Of a stretch of DNA of 36,174 nucleotides, positions 1-9,599 are shown piece by piece. The DNA is from a candidate division NPL-UPA2 bacterium (lineage in GTDB: Bacteria > Bacillota > UBA994). The stretch covers positions 1 to 36,174 of the forward strand of contig QLUB01000001.1 in assembly GCA_018725205.1 (NCBI GenBank), in the 5' to 3' direction. The notes under the pieces are model-generated. The model was not told where the DNA came from. It was given only the letters and a program-made list of their open reading frames with translations, and ran no database searches. The translations under genes were made by a program, and so were the position numbers. Each line of letters begins with the position of its first letter. Positions within the stretch are counted from its first letter, which is position 1.

Positions 1-360
1 CAAGCCTAACTACAGCGACCATTCCCGTGATAGCGGCGCAGCTGGCGGATGTGACCCGACCTACGACGATTTACCCTTTGCAGAGTGCAATGCCGGCGAG
101 CGCGCAGGGTCCGAGCACTGCAGCGGTCACAACGCTGCCAGATAGCGGCGCTCCGGCTGCGCATAGCGCTCGCGTCGCGGAAGTGAGGGGTGCGCCTACC
201 ACGGCGTCTCCAGAGCTCAGCGCACCAGCCCCCTCGCCAAGTCCAACCACAGCCCCAAGCCTAACTACAGCCCCAAGCCTAACTACAGCGACCATTCCCG
301 TGATAGCGGCGCAGCTGGCGGATGTGACCCGACCTACGACACCCCACCCTTTGCAGAGTG
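1..360 (+). repeat. in-frame dispersed direct repeat inside fliK (copy A 1-87, copy B 274-360, offset 273 nt = 91 codons)
   Basis: nt 1-67 are identical to 274-340 by direct reading. The next 20 nt differ at a few positions (gatttaccctttgcagagtg vs accccaccctttgcagagtg). Both copies encode SLTTATIPVIAAQLADVTRPTT(IY/PH)PLQS. Copy A touches the window edge, so the unit may extend upstream. Confidence 0.9.
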
Positions 361-839
361 TCAATGAGCGAACTGCTCAGCGCATGGTACAGTTGCACGG
401 CGGCCGCTTCGTGCGGGTCCTGAGCGCAGAGCCTGCAGCGGAAACTAACCTCCAACTTGGAACAAATGTTAGTCCTCGTCTTCCAATTTCAGGGCCTTCC
501 TTGGAGGGCCTGCGCATGGAAATAATCGCCTTTGTACAAAGCCCGAGTCGCCCGCAGGTGATGCTAGAGATTCACCCACCTGAGTATGGTCGCGTGTTGG
601 TGAGTGCTGAATCAGGGCCGGGGGGAGCAGTTGTCGTTCGCCTAGTGGTGGAAACCCCTGCGGTTAAAGAACACGTGCTACTACATCTACAGCGATTCCC
701 GGTTCCGGCCGAAGTAGAGGTAATGACTTTTGAAGAACACCGCGAGCAAGGGGAGTTAAACGGTCAACGCGGACGTGAGGAATCACGACGTCAGCCCCCT
801 CCCCGCAAGGACAAATCTACCACAGAATTTACGATCTAG
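1..839 (+). CDS. fliK: flagellar hook-length control protein FliK, 5' partial (frame open to the window edge)
   Basis: The frame of ORF 27..839 stays open back to nt 3 (SLTTATIPV...), so the listed start is not the real one. A Pro/Ala/Ser/Thr-rich low-complexity 'ruler' is followed by the C-terminal block EIHPPEYGRVLVSAESGPGGAVVVRLVVETPAVKEHVL, typical of the FliK C-terminal domain. It lies directly upstream of flgD-flgE. Confidence 0.7.
   Translation, partial: SLTTATIPVIAAQLADVTRPTTIYPLQSAMPASAQGPSTAAVTTLPDSGAPAAHSARVAEVRGAPTTASPELSAPAPSPSPTTAPSLTTAPSLTTATIPVIAAQLADVTRPTTPHPLQSVNERTAQRMVQLHGGRFVRVLSAEPAAETNLQLGTNVSPRLPISGPSLEGLRMEIIAFVQSPSRPQVMLEIHPPEYGRVLVSAESGPGGAVVVRLVVETPAVKEHVLLHLQRFPVPAEVEVMTFEEHREQGELNGQRGREESRRQPPPRKDKSTTEFTI
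251..286 (+). repeat. 2 x 18 bp perfect tandem repeat (agccccaagcctaactac) encoding APSLTT-APSLTT in fliK
   Basis: Read directly: units 251-268 and 269-286 are identical. Confidence 0.9.
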
Positions 840-850
840 GAGGTGAGTCA

Positions 851-1273
851 GTGAAAGTTCAAGCCACGCAACAAATGGCACACCCCCAGCCGGTGACGCA
901 AGCCTCTCCACCCGGAGGGGAGTTAGGTAAAGATGCCTTTCTCAAGATTCTCTTAGCTCAGATGCGCAATCAGGACCCGCTGAACCCTGCCGACGGTACC
1001 GCCATGATCGCCCAACTCGCACAATTCAGCAGTCTGGAACAAATGCAGAACTTAAACAACAAGATTGACCAACTGCTAGAGGTGCAGCTGCTTGGCGAGC
1101 TAAGCGGGCTCGTGGGGAAATCAGTGAGCTTTCGCGGGGAGAACGACGAAGTTTTGCAGGGCACCGTGCAGTCACTGGTTTGGGGTGGGAACAGGAGCCA
1201 GCTACGCATTAACGACATGTTAATACCACTAGGGCACGTTCTGGAAGTAAGGGGGGTACAAAGCGGTGCTTAG
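851..1273 (+). CDS. flgD: flagellar hook assembly/capping protein FlgD
   Basis: GKDAFLKILLAQMRNQDPLNPADGTAMIAQLAQFSSLEQMQNL is the FlgD N-terminal signature. SD AGGAGGTG at 838-845 with a GTG start. Position is between fliK and flgE. Confidence 0.9.
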   Translation: MKVQATQQMAHPQPVTQASPPGGELGKDAFLKILLAQMRNQDPLNPADGTAMIAQLAQFSSLEQMQNLNNKIDQLLEVQLLGELSGLVGKSVSFRGENDEVLQGTVQSLVWGGNRSQLRINDMLIPLGHVLEVRGVQSGA

Positions 1274-2501
1274 GTCTTTATTCTCGGCGATCTCGGGTAT
1301 GCGCAGCAAACAGGCAAAACTCGATGTTATCGCCAATAACATCTCTAACGTTAACACCACCGGGTTTAAGGGAAGTCGCGTAAAGTTCCATGACATGTTA
1401 AGTCAGACCATTAGGAGTGCGAGCGCGCCTGTCGGCGGGCGGGCGGGAACGAATCCCGCGCAAGTCGGGCTAGGAGTCGCGGTGGGTGGGATTGACACCA
1501 GTCATATACAAGGGGCTCTCCAGGCCACCGGCCGCATCTCCGACCTTGCGATTCAGGGCAGTGGTTTTTTTGTGATGGCCGACGGCCACCGCACTCTCTT
1601 TACCCGCGACGGAGCGTTCTCGCTGTCGCTCGCGCGTGAGCTGGTCAACTCTGCTACGGGCTTTAGGGTACAGGGGTGGATGGCCGATGCTGCCGGCAAC
1701 ATCTCGACGGCGACACCGCCAACCGCGATGCAGATTCCCCTCGGTGAGTCGGTAATCACACAACCCACTACGCGCGTCGAGTTTTCCGGCAACCTCACAA
1801 ACAGCGCTCCGCCGGTACCACCTCACGTCAACACGGTCACCGTTTTTGACTCGAAAGGGGAAGCGCATCAACTTAACGTCACGTTTACGCGCTCAGCCAT
1901 GAACACATGGTCGTATGCGGTTACTTCCACGGCGATCCCTCCCTTGTCGGTTACGCCTCCCGCCACCAGGACACTAAGCTTTGACACTAGTGGTGCAGTT
2001 ACACCCGCAACGGCGACAAGCGGCACGTTCACCGTTGCCGTTCCCGGCGCGGCTAACATTGCCGTCACGCTTCAATTAGGCTCGATGACTCAGGTTGCGG
2101 GCGGTAGTACCGCCGTTATGCGTTTTCAGGACGGATACGCTCCGGGCGAACTTCTCTCCTATATTATTGGACGGGGAGGAGTTATTACGGGGACGTACTC
2201 CAATGGCTTGGTGCGTGACATAGGCCAAATTACGCTAGCATATTTTGGAAATCCTGAGGCACTGCTTAAAGAGGGGGGAAACTTCTACTCTGTTTCGCCC
2301 AATTCCGGCGAGCCTCTAGTCGGCGTTGCAGGCTCGGGAGGTCGCGGCTCAATTGAAGTGGGGATGCTGGAAATGTCAAACGTGGATTTGGCAACGGAGT
2401 TTACAGAGATGATTTCTACTAATCGCGCTTTCCAGGCAAACGCGCGCACAGTGAGTACGTCTGACGAAATGTTGCAGGAGCTTATTCAGCTTAAGCGATA
2501 G
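1266..2501 (+). CDS. flgE: flagellar hook protein FlgE
   Basis: N-terminus MLRSLFSAISGMRSKQAKLDVIANNISNVNTTGFK is the rod/hook family signature. C-terminus is LEMSNVDLATEFTEMISTNRAFQANARTVSTSDEMLQELIQL. 411 aa. The GTG start overlaps the flgD stop. Confidence 0.92.
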   Translation: MLRSLFSAISGMRSKQAKLDVIANNISNVNTTGFKGSRVKFHDMLSQTIRSASAPVGGRAGTNPAQVGLGVAVGGIDTSHIQGALQATGRISDLAIQGSGFFVMADGHRTLFTRDGAFSLSLARELVNSATGFRVQGWMADAAGNISTATPPTAMQIPLGESVITQPTTRVEFSGNLTNSAPPVPPHVNTVTVFDSKGEAHQLNVTFTRSAMNTWSYAVTSTAIPPLSVTPPATRTLSFDTSGAVTPATATSGTFTVAVPGAANIAVTLQLGSMTQVAGGSTAVMRFQDGYAPGELLSYIIGRGGVITGTYSNGLVRDIGQITLAYFGNPEALLKEGGNFYSVSPNSGEPLVGVAGSGGRGSIEVGMLEMSNVDLATEFTEMISTNRAFQANARTVSTSDEMLQELIQLKR

Positions 2502-2512
2502 GGGGGAGTTCA

Positions 2513-3304
2513 ATGCGTAAATCAGGGCCCATCACACCGGCTATTATCTTTGGTGGGCTGGCGGCTATTGTCTGGGCGATGATGTCCGGCGGTGGCGCGG
2601 GCGTATTTGTCAACATCCCTTCTTTCCTGATCACCGTCATAGGCTCTTTTGCCGCTTTGATGGTTAACTACTCTTGGGAGGACGCGCGCGAGTCATATCA
2701 CGACGTGCGACGCTTGTTTAAGCAGATACCACCGGATCCGATGGAGACTATCAAGAAATTCGGCGAGCTTTCGACGCGCGCGCGACGCGAAGGGTTATTA
2801 GTGCTCGAAGACGAAGTGCCGCAGATGGAACCCTTCTTAGGGAAGGGGATGCAGATGGTCATTGACGGCATGGACCCTGCGGTAGTTACGAGGGTGCTCG
2901 AAACAGAGTTGGTACAGGAAGAAGGTCGCCACCAAGTGGCTGCAAATATGCTGGCCACGTGGGGTAACTTGGCGCCTGGGTTTGGGATGATTGGCACTCT
3001 GATTGGGCTTGTGCTGATGTTAAACACATTAGATGACCCTGCGGCGATTGGGCCCGCCATGGCGGTTGCCTTGGTCACCACGTTTTACGGGGCGATGATG
3101 GCTAATTTCCTGCTTACGCCGCTTGCCGGCAAAGTGATGCTCAAGAGTCGCCAAGTGCTTTTGTACCGCGAGATGGCAATTGAGGGGCTTACGGCGCTAC
3201 AGGCGGGCGTAAATCCGCGCGTTATCGAACAAAGGCTTAGGGCTTTCGTCCTACCCGCAAGAGTGAGTTCGAAGCCTGACAAGGCGGAGGCCGCCGATGA
3301 CTAG
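2513..3304 (+). CDS. motA: flagellar stator protein MotA
   Basis: Multi-TM protein with PGFGMIGTLIGLVLML and TTFYGAMMANFLLTPLAGK (MotA/ExbB channel motifs). It is followed by an overlapping motB. Confidence 0.9.
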   Translation: MRKSGPITPAIIFGGLAAIVWAMMSGGGAGVFVNIPSFLITVIGSFAALMVNYSWEDARESYHDVRRLFKQIPPDPMETIKKFGELSTRARREGLLVLEDEVPQMEPFLGKGMQMVIDGMDPAVVTRVLETELVQEEGRHQVAANMLATWGNLAPGFGMIGTLIGLVLMLNTLDDPAAIGPAMAVALVTTFYGAMMANFLLTPLAGKVMLKSRQVLLYREMAIEGLTALQAGVNPRVIEQRLRAFVLPARVSSKPDKAEAADD

Positions 3305-4004
3305 GCGCAGATCCTCCGGTGGAGTTGCTACCGCGAGCTGGCTTACCACATACTCCGACTTAGTGACGCTTCTCCTGTGTTTTTTTGTCCTGCTTTACTC
3401 TTTTTCCGCCATTGACGTGGTGAAATTTCGGCGGTTTCTTGCCTCTTTTCAGGGCGTCGGCGTACTTGACGGGGGTACGACACCGGATACAACCATCGTT
3501 ATGCCGGAGGAGAATCCAAACGAAGTAGCCACCGAGCAGCTTGGACCCTTCTGGGCGGATAGCGGCCGGATGATGACCCACGTACAGGAGTATCTCGAGT
3601 CGCAAGGGATAGAGGCCGAGGTGAGGGCGTTTCGTGAGGAGAGAGGGGTGCTGCTTGAGCTGCAGGATAGGGTGTTGTTTGACTCCGGGCAAGCTACTTT
3701 GCGTCAAGACGGACTCACACTCCTAGGTAAACTAGTTACTTTGTTTTCTGAGATGCCCAACGAAATCGCGGTGGAGGGGCATACCGACAATGTGCCTATT
3801 AACACCCCAGAGTACCCATCTAATTGGGAACTTTCCGCCGCACGTTCCGCACGAGTAGTGAGGTACTTTGTAGAAATTCGCGGGCTTACGCCGGAACGGT
3901 TTTCGGCCATTGGCTATGGGGAATTTAGGCCGGTAGATAGCAATGCCACCGCCGTAGGCCGCAGTCGGAATCGGCGGGTTGTATTTGTGATTCGGGGGAT
4001 ATAG
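3297..4004 (+). CDS. motB: flagellar stator protein MotB (OmpA-like peptidoglycan-binding C-terminus)
   Basis: Single N-terminal TM segment with the conserved Asp (TTYSDLVTLLLCFFVLL). C-terminus is GHTDNVPI...NWELSAARSARVVRYF...SRNRRVVFVI. The ATG overlaps the motA 3' end by 8 nt. Confidence 0.9.
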   Translation: MTRRRSSGGVATASWLTTYSDLVTLLLCFFVLLYSFSAIDVVKFRRFLASFQGVGVLDGGTTPDTTIVMPEENPNEVATEQLGPFWADSGRMMTHVQEYLESQGIEAEVRAFREERGVLLELQDRVLFDSGQATLRQDGLTLLGKLVTLFSEMPNEIAVEGHTDNVPINTPEYPSNWELSAARSARVVRYFVEIRGLTPERFSAIGYGEFRPVDSNATAVGRSRNRRVVFVIRGI

Positions 4005-4008
4005 CGGT

Positions 4009-4425
4009 ATGTTGAAAAAGATTATCTTAGCGGTGCTTGTTATAGCGGTTATTGTGCTAGGGGTGGTCTTCCGTGCACCCCTAGTCGCGATGGTGCGGGG
4101 GTTTGTTGCGCCTGCCCCGGGACTCGTTGTCTCTGCGGGGGGCGATTTTACGGTTAACTTGCTTGATCCCGGCATGCGGCGGTATCTCCGCGTGAACATT
4201 GCACTGCAGTATCTTGCTTCGCGGGCACTGGCAGAGGAACTAGTCGCACGCGAGCCGGAAATCCGGCATGCGGTGATTAAGGTGTTGCGCGCTAAGACCG
4301 TAGATGACCTGACTACGACGGAAAAGGTCGAAGGTCTGCGTCAGGAGTTACTCGCCGCGCTTAATGCGGTGCTCGAGCAGGGAGACATCACTAATATCTT
4401 CTTCGTGGACTTTGTGATCCAATAA
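4009..4425 (+). CDS. fliL: flagellar basal-body-associated protein FliL
   Basis: N-terminal TM segment, then FTVNLLDPGMRRYLRVNIALQY...EPEIRHAVIKVLRAKTVDDL...ITNIFFVDFVIQ, the usual FliL pattern. Position is after motAB. Confidence 0.78.
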   Translation: MLKKIILAVLVIAVIVLGVVFRAPLVAMVRGFVAPAPGLVVSAGGDFTVNLLDPGMRRYLRVNIALQYLASRALAEELVAREPEIRHAVIKVLRAKTVDDLTTTEKVEGLRQELLAALNAVLEQGDITNIFFVDFVIQ

Positions 4426-4772
4426 TGAATCCCATTACGTCTTTGATGCGCCTACTAGTGGCTCTTGTTGTTGTATTTGGCTTACTGCTTGGTCTGCGGT
4501 GGTACTTGTTGCGGCGAGTAACCTCCCTCTCTGCAACCCCTGTGGGTTTGCTGCGCGTGCGAGAGCGCGTGTGGCTTTCCGGCCGGATGCAAGCAGTAGT
4601 GCTCGAAGTAGGGGAAGAGTCCTTCTTGGTGTGTACGACAGACCACGCCGTGCAGGTGACACCTCTGGCCAAACTTCCGCCTCTATCACCTGTTGACCAC
4701 ACAGACCAACCGAATTTTGCCACCCATCTGGAGCATATGTTTACATTCTTACGACAGGGAGGCAAAAGGTAA
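4425..4772 (+). CDS. fliO: flagellar biosynthesis protein FliO/FliZ
   Basis: 115 aa with one N-terminal TM segment (LLVALVVVFGLLLGL), then LRVRERVWLSGRMQAVVLEVGEESFLVCTTDHAVQV. It sits immediately upstream of fliP with overlapping stop/start (TAATG). The call rests on context plus architecture. Confidence 0.6.
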   Translation: MNPITSLMRLLVALVVVFGLLLGLRWYLLRRVTSLSATPVGLLRVRERVWLSGRMQAVVLEVGEESFLVCTTDHAVQVTPLAKLPPLSPVDHTDQPNFATHLEHMFTFLRQGGKR

Positions 4773-5449
4773 TGTTCCCCATACCAGAGATTGGCCTACA
4801 AATCGGAGCTGCCACTTCTCCCGGTGAAGTAGTGGGGAGCGTCAGGCTCCTCATCTTGCTTACGGTCCTAAGTCTGGTCCCCGCTATTTTGGTGATGGTT
4901 ACTTCCTTTACGCGCATAGTCATTGTCTTGTCGTTCGTGCGAACTGCGGTCGCCGCACAGAATGTTCCCCCGAACCAGGTGCTAATTGGACTTGCGTTGT
5001 TTCTAACACTCTTTACTATGACCCCGACATTAACTCGCCTGCAGACTGAGGCGGTCACGCCGTATCTCGCGGGGGAGCTGTCGCAGGAGGCGGCCTTTGA
5101 GCGTGCGTCGGTCCCACTGCGGGAATTTATGCTCCCGCACACGCGCGAGGTGGACATCGCCTTGTTTCTAACTGCGACCGAAACGCCTGCTCCACCTGCG
5201 CCAGAGGACTTGTCACTGACAATACTTGTTCCTGCTTTTATGCTCAGTGAGTTGCGAACTGCGTTTGCCATGGGCGTAACGCTGTTTATTCCCTTTATGG
5301 TCATTGATATGGTAGTGGCGAGCACGCTTCTCTCGATGGGCATGTTTATGCTTCCACCTGTGACCATATCGCTGCCCTTTAAGCTGCTGCTTTTTGTTCT
5401 GGCCGATGGCTGGCATTTGGTTGCCAAGTCACTTCTTGAGAGCTTTTAG
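4772..5449 (+). CDS. fliP: flagellar type III export apparatus protein FliP
   Basis: LLTVLSLVPAILVMVTSFTRIVIVLSFVRTAVAAQNVPPNQVLIGLALFLTLFTMTP and AFMLSELRTAFAMGVTLFIPFMVIDMVVAS are FliP family signatures. Confidence 0.93.
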   Translation: MFPIPEIGLQIGAATSPGEVVGSVRLLILLTVLSLVPAILVMVTSFTRIVIVLSFVRTAVAAQNVPPNQVLIGLALFLTLFTMTPTLTRLQTEAVTPYLAGELSQEAAFERASVPLREFMLPHTREVDIALFLTATETPAPPAPEDLSLTILVPAFMLSELRTAFAMGVTLFIPFMVIDMVVASTLLSMGMFMLPPVTISLPFKLLLFVLADGWHLVAKSLLESF

Positions 5450-5458
5450 GAGGTCGGC

Positions 5459-5728
5459 ATGACTGAAGGGATGGTTCTCCACCTCGCACGGGAAGCAATT
5501 TCCCTGACCCTCTTGCTCGCCGGGCCCTTGCTCATCGCCAGTCTAGTTGTGGGGCTCTTAGTAAGCATATTTCAAGCCGCGACTCAAATACAGGAGCAAA
5601 CACTTACTTTTGTCCCCAAGCTTGTGGCAGTCCTCTTAACCATGCTGTTTTTGGGCGGTTGGATGATGAACACCATGGTTGCGTACACGACAGACCTCTT
5701 CGCAAATCTTGGCAGGATGATGCGATGA
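5459..5728 (+). CDS. fliQ: flagellar type III export apparatus protein FliQ
   Basis: 89 aa with two TM segments. SIFQAATQIQEQTLTFVPKLVAV is the FliQ motif. Confidence 0.9.
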   Translation: MTEGMVLHLAREAISLTLLLAGPLLIASLVVGLLVSIFQAATQIQEQTLTFVPKLVAVLLTMLFLGGWMMNTMVAYTTDLFANLGRMMR

Positions 5729-6492
5729 TAGTTCAGGGGCTCGCGCCTTGGCTGCAACTGCTATTAGTTCTAGCCAGAGTGCTATCATTTATTATTACCG
5801 CGCCGCTGTTGAACCGGCGGCAGATTCCGGCGTTGAGCAAAATTGGTCTCGCTATGATCCTTAGTCTCATCGTGGTCGCAGGCGGCGGCGTACCTGTGGA
5901 GCGGGAGATCGGAACATTTGTTAGCGCGGTGGTGCTAGAAGCAGCTACCGGTCTGGCCGCAGGCATGGTTGCGAGTTGGCTCTTCGCGAGTTTTCAAATG
6001 GGCGGTGCGCTGATGGACCAGCAGGCTGGTTTTGGGACTGCAGCCATCTTTGACCCCACCACCTTTGGACAGGTGTCGCTCCTTTCGAACCTCTTTCTCT
6101 CGCTTAGCCTGTTGTTGTTCCTAGAGCTTAATGGGCACCACTTGATGTTGCTCGCGCTTTTACGGAGTTTCACGCTTGTGCCGGCAGGGTCGGCCGTGCT
6201 TGGAGTGAGTTGGGCTCAGGTAGTGTTGGCAGTGGTGGCAGGTGCCATGAGTTTGGCTCTGCGGTTAGCGGCACCAGTGATGGCGGCGATAGTTATCACC
6301 GACATCACCTTAGGGATGCTCGGGCGAGCCGTACCGCAGCTTAATGTCTTGATGCTGGCTCTGCCGGTCAAGGCGGGCGTGGCGCTGTTGGTTCTGGGGG
6401 CTGCCGCTCCTCTGTTGTTGGGGGTGGGGGATGCTTTTATAGCGCGATTTGAAGTCTTGCTGGCGCAAGCCCTAGGAGCGATGTCCCCGTGA
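5725..6492 (+). CDS. fliR: flagellar type III export apparatus protein FliR
   Basis: Polytopic membrane protein with FQMGGALMDQQAGFGTAAIFDP (FliR motif). I place the start at ATG 5725 (MIVQGLAPW...), forming ATGA with the fliQ stop. The track start at 5659 lies inside fliQ. Confidence 0.88.
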   Translation: MIVQGLAPWLQLLLVLARVLSFIITAPLLNRRQIPALSKIGLAMILSLIVVAGGGVPVEREIGTFVSAVVLEAATGLAAGMVASWLFASFQMGGALMDQQAGFGTAAIFDPTTFGQVSLLSNLFLSLSLLLFLELNGHHLMLLALLRSFTLVPAGSAVLGVSWAQVVLAVVAGAMSLALRLAAPVMAAIVITDITLGMLGRAVPQLNVLMLALPVKAGVALLVLGAAAPLLLGVGDAFIARFEVLLAQALGAMSP

Positions 6493-7565
6493 CGCCCGAG
6501 CAACAGAGTCAAGCGGAACGCACGGAGCAAGCGACACCTAAACGGCTGAGCGAAGCACGCAAAAAGGGACAGGCTGTAAAAAGCATGGACTTAGTTGCGG
6601 CCGTAGGGTTTCTCGGCATGATCGCAGCGTTAGCTTTGACTGGCGAGCGGCTGATTAACGCCTCCCTTAATTACGTCGCTATGTCGCTTAGTAATCTGTC
6701 CGCAGCGACAGCACTAGATTACTCCTTTGCTCCGCTCCTAGTACATGCCGTAAGTATCTTTACCTCTATGGTTTGGCCTGTTTTGACTGCGGCGCTCGTC
6801 TTAGGCGTACTCGCTAACATTGTGCAAGTAGGGTTCTTGTGGAGCGGCGATCCGTTAAAACCAGAGTTTAGCCGTCTCGATCCTATAGAGGGACTAGGGC
6901 GAATGATGTCCACCCGAGCGCTGTTTGACTTAGTTAAGGCGCTGGCTAAACTGCTTGCGGTAGGATTCGCGGCCTATCTTGGGTTGCACGGCGAAATGGA
7001 GAGTCTGTTGCTTGCGGGTTACAGCGAGGGGGCTGGTTCCTTGGTGCTAGTCGGGCGGGTGCTCTACGGAGTAGCCATCCGGGTAGGGTTTACGTATTTG
7101 GTTATCGGTGTAGTCGACTTTCTCTACCAAAGGCATGAATTTCGGCAAAACATGATGATGACGCGGCAAGAAGTGAAGGAAGAACACAAGCAGATGGAAG
7201 GTGACCCGCAAGTTAAGGCGCGGCAGCGCGAACGGCAGCGCCTGCTGGCCACGGGCCGGATGTTTGCAGCTATCCCGACTGCGACGGTCGTGGTCACTAA
7301 CCCTACCCACTTTGCCGTTGCTTTGCGCTATGAGCGGGGTGCTGCGACAGGCGCCCCGCTGGTTGTAGCTAAAGGCTGCGATTACTTGGCGAAACGCATT
7401 AAGCTTCGTGCCACAGAGTGTGGCATCCCGTTAGTAGAGAACCCGGCTTTAGCCCGCTCCCTTTACCGGCAGTCAGAAGTGGGACAGGAGATTCCTGTCG
7501 CGCTCTACAAGGTCGTTGCCGAGATTTTGGCCGACATATTCTCGCGACAAAGGAGGCTAATTTGA
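6489..7565 (+). CDS. flhB: flagellar export switch protein FlhB
   Basis: N-terminus EQATPKRLSEARKKGQAVKS. The autocleavage site NPTH is in VVVTNPTHFAVALRY. C-terminus is PLVENPALARSLY. Confidence 0.93.
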   Translation: MTPEQQSQAERTEQATPKRLSEARKKGQAVKSMDLVAAVGFLGMIAALALTGERLINASLNYVAMSLSNLSAATALDYSFAPLLVHAVSIFTSMVWPVLTAALVLGVLANIVQVGFLWSGDPLKPEFSRLDPIEGLGRMMSTRALFDLVKALAKLLAVGFAAYLGLHGEMESLLLAGYSEGAGSLVLVGRVLYGVAIRVGFTYLVIGVVDFLYQRHEFRQNMMMTRQEVKEEHKQMEGDPQVKARQRERQRLLATGRMFAAIPTATVVVTNPTHFAVALRYERGAATGAPLVVAKGCDYLAKRIKLRATECGIPLVENPALARSLYRQSEVGQEIPVALYKVVAEILADIFSRQRRLI

Positions 7566-9599
7566 GTGCGTGCACTCCTGCGCTATACCGACGTGATCAT
7601 AGCCTCCCTAGTGGTTGGGATTATACTTATTATTATCATTCCGCTGCAGGCAGGCCTACTTGATTTCTTGCTCATTATTAACATTAGCATTAGTGTAATA
7701 ATCTTTCTCACCACCCTCTTTACCACAAATGTGCTTCAGCTCAGCGTTTTCCCCACGCTGCTCTTAATTACCACCCTCCTGCGACTGGCCCTAAATGTGG
7801 CCTCTACGCGCCTCATTCTCTCCGCCGGGGCGGCGGGGGCGGTGATCGCTGCCTTTGGCGACTTTGTGATAGGAGGAAACTACGTTGTCGGGATGGTTAT
7901 CTTCATCATTATCACCGTTATTCAATTCGTAGTTATTACTAATGGATCAGGCCGCGTGGCCGAGGTTGCCGCGCGCTTCACGCTTGACGCCATGCCCGGA
8001 AAGCAGATGGCGGTTGACGCTGACCTTAACTCGGGCCTGATTAACGAGGAGCAGGCACGCGAGCGGCGCAAAGGGCTGCAGCGCGAGGCAGACTTTTACG
8101 GGGCCATGGACGGCGCGAGTAAGTTTGTTAAGGGTGACGCCATCGCGGGCATTGTCATTACTTTGATTAACATTCTCGGCGGGCTAATCGTCGGCATGGT
8201 GCAGCTCGGCTGGCCATGGCAGCGCGCCGTTACCACTTATGTTTCGCTTACTGTAGGCGACGGACTGGTAAGCCAGCTTTCCGCGCTGCTTATCTCCACG
8301 GCTACAGGCATTCTGATTACGCGTGCGAACACCGACTATGGTTTTGGCACCGAGTTTTCCACTCAGCTCTTTGCGCGTTCCAAAGTAATTGGCCTGACTT
8401 CTGTGTTGCTGGCGGGTCTAGGCCTCGTACCCGCAATGCCGACTATTCCTTTCCTGGCAGTGGCAGGAGCTACTGGCTACTTAGCGTATGTCTTGCATGC
8501 GGAGGAGAGGGAAAAGGCAATACGCCCCGCACCCGCTGTACTTGCGCGACCTACTGAACCGGAGAACGTGTTGACACTACTCTCGCATGAGCAGTTAGAC
8601 ATGGAAATTGGCTTTGGGCTCGTTCGCCTCACCGACGGGAGCCACGGGGGTGACCTACTGGAACGCCTGGCAGCCGTACGGCGGCGCCTGATTACGGAGC
8701 GGGGCGTATTTATTCGACCTATTCGCATCCGAGATAACCTGCAGTTAAAACCCAACCAGTATGCCGTTAAAATCCGCGGCAATCAGGTAGCTGTGGGCGA
8801 ATTGCAACCAAACTCGCTATTGGCGATGGACTATGCGGGAGGTAAGATAGACGTACCCGGCATCGATACGAAAGAACCTACGTTTGGTCTCCCCGCCCGG
8901 TGGATTAGCGCGCAAGAACGCGAGAAGGCTGAGATTCTGGGTCTCACCGTGGTAGACTGCACGACTGTGCTCGTCACACATCTAAGTGAGGTCATTAAAC
9001 GGCACGCGCATGAGCTCTTGGGAAGGCAAGAGGTTAGAGAACTGCTGGACAAGGTAAAGGAGCTGAACCCCGCCGTGGTCGAGGAGTTAAGCACCGAGCA
9101 AGTGGCGTTAGGCGATGTGCAGAAGGTGCTGCAGGGCCTACTGCAGGAGGGGGTGGGCATTCGCGACATGGTGGGCATACTGGAGGCTATCGCGGACAAC
9201 GTGCGTACTTCCCGCGAGCCGGACTTTCTCTTAGAAAGCGTCCGGCACGCGTTAGCGCGCGCGATTAGTCATGCAGTCGCAGACAAAGGTGTTATCCACG
9301 TACTTACGCTCCATCCGCGCTTTGAACAGCATATGCTGGAGTCCGTGACAACGGCGGGCGGAGGACACGTAATTCTCGAGCCGAGCAAACTGCACCTCTT
9401 CTTTGAGCGCTTGGCCAAGCATCTAGAGCGGGTCAGCATTACAGACGGTCACCAGCCTGTTCTGCTTGTGCCGAGCAAGTTGAGGCTACCCCTGCGCAGG
9501 CTCACCCAGCGTCACTTCCCTACACTTACCATTTTATCTCCGAGCGAAATCAGCGCAGACGTAGAGGTTGAATCTTTGGGGGCGGTGGGGCTAGAGTGA
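7566..9599 (+). CDS. flhA: flagellar export gate protein FlhA
   Basis: 677 aa. Contains GRVAEVAARFTLDAMPGKQMAVDADLNSGLI and FYGAMDGASKFVKGDAIAGI (FHIPEP family signatures). Confidence 0.95.
   Translation: MRALLRYTDVIIASLVVGIILIIIIPLQAGLLDFLLIINISISVIIFLTTLFTTNVLQLSVFPTLLLITTLLRLALNVASTRLILSAGAAGAVIAAFGDFVIGGNYVVGMVIFIIITVIQFVVITNGSGRVAEVAARFTLDAMPGKQMAVDADLNSGLINEEQARERRKGLQREADFYGAMDGASKFVKGDAIAGIVITLINILGGLIVGMVQLGWPWQRAVTTYVSLTVGDGLVSQLSALLISTATGILITRANTDYGFGTEFSTQLFARSKVIGLTSVLLAGLGLVPAMPTIPFLAVAGATGYLAYVLHAEEREKAIRPAPAVLARPTEPENVLTLLSHEQLDMEIGFGLVRLTDGSHGGDLLERLAAVRRRLITERGVFIRPIRIRDNLQLKPNQYAVKIRGNQVAVGELQPNSLLAMDYAGGKIDVPGIDTKEPTFGLPARWISAQEREKAEILGLTVVDCTTVLVTHLSEVIKRHAHELLGRQEVRELLDKVKELNPAVVEELSTEQVALGDVQKVLQGLLQEGVGIRDMVGILEAIADNVRTSREPDFLLESVRHALARAISHAVADKGVIHVLTLHPRFEQHMLESVTTAGGGHVILEPSKLHLFFERLAKHLERVSITDGHQPVLLVPSKLRLPLRRLTQRHFPTLTILSPSEISADVEVESLGAVGLE

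Noticed and set aside
71-364. 97-aa minus-strand ORF in the fliK repeat region
   Set aside because: It is antisense to fliK and its repetitive Gly/Ala/Val-rich product simply mirrors the plus-strand repeats.
4741-5427. 228-aa minus-strand ORF antisense to fliP
   Set aside because: It lies entirely opposite a gene with unmistakable FliP signatures. It has no SD and a Ser/Thr/Arg/Ala-rich composition with no recognisable motif, typical of open antisense frames in GC-rich DNA.
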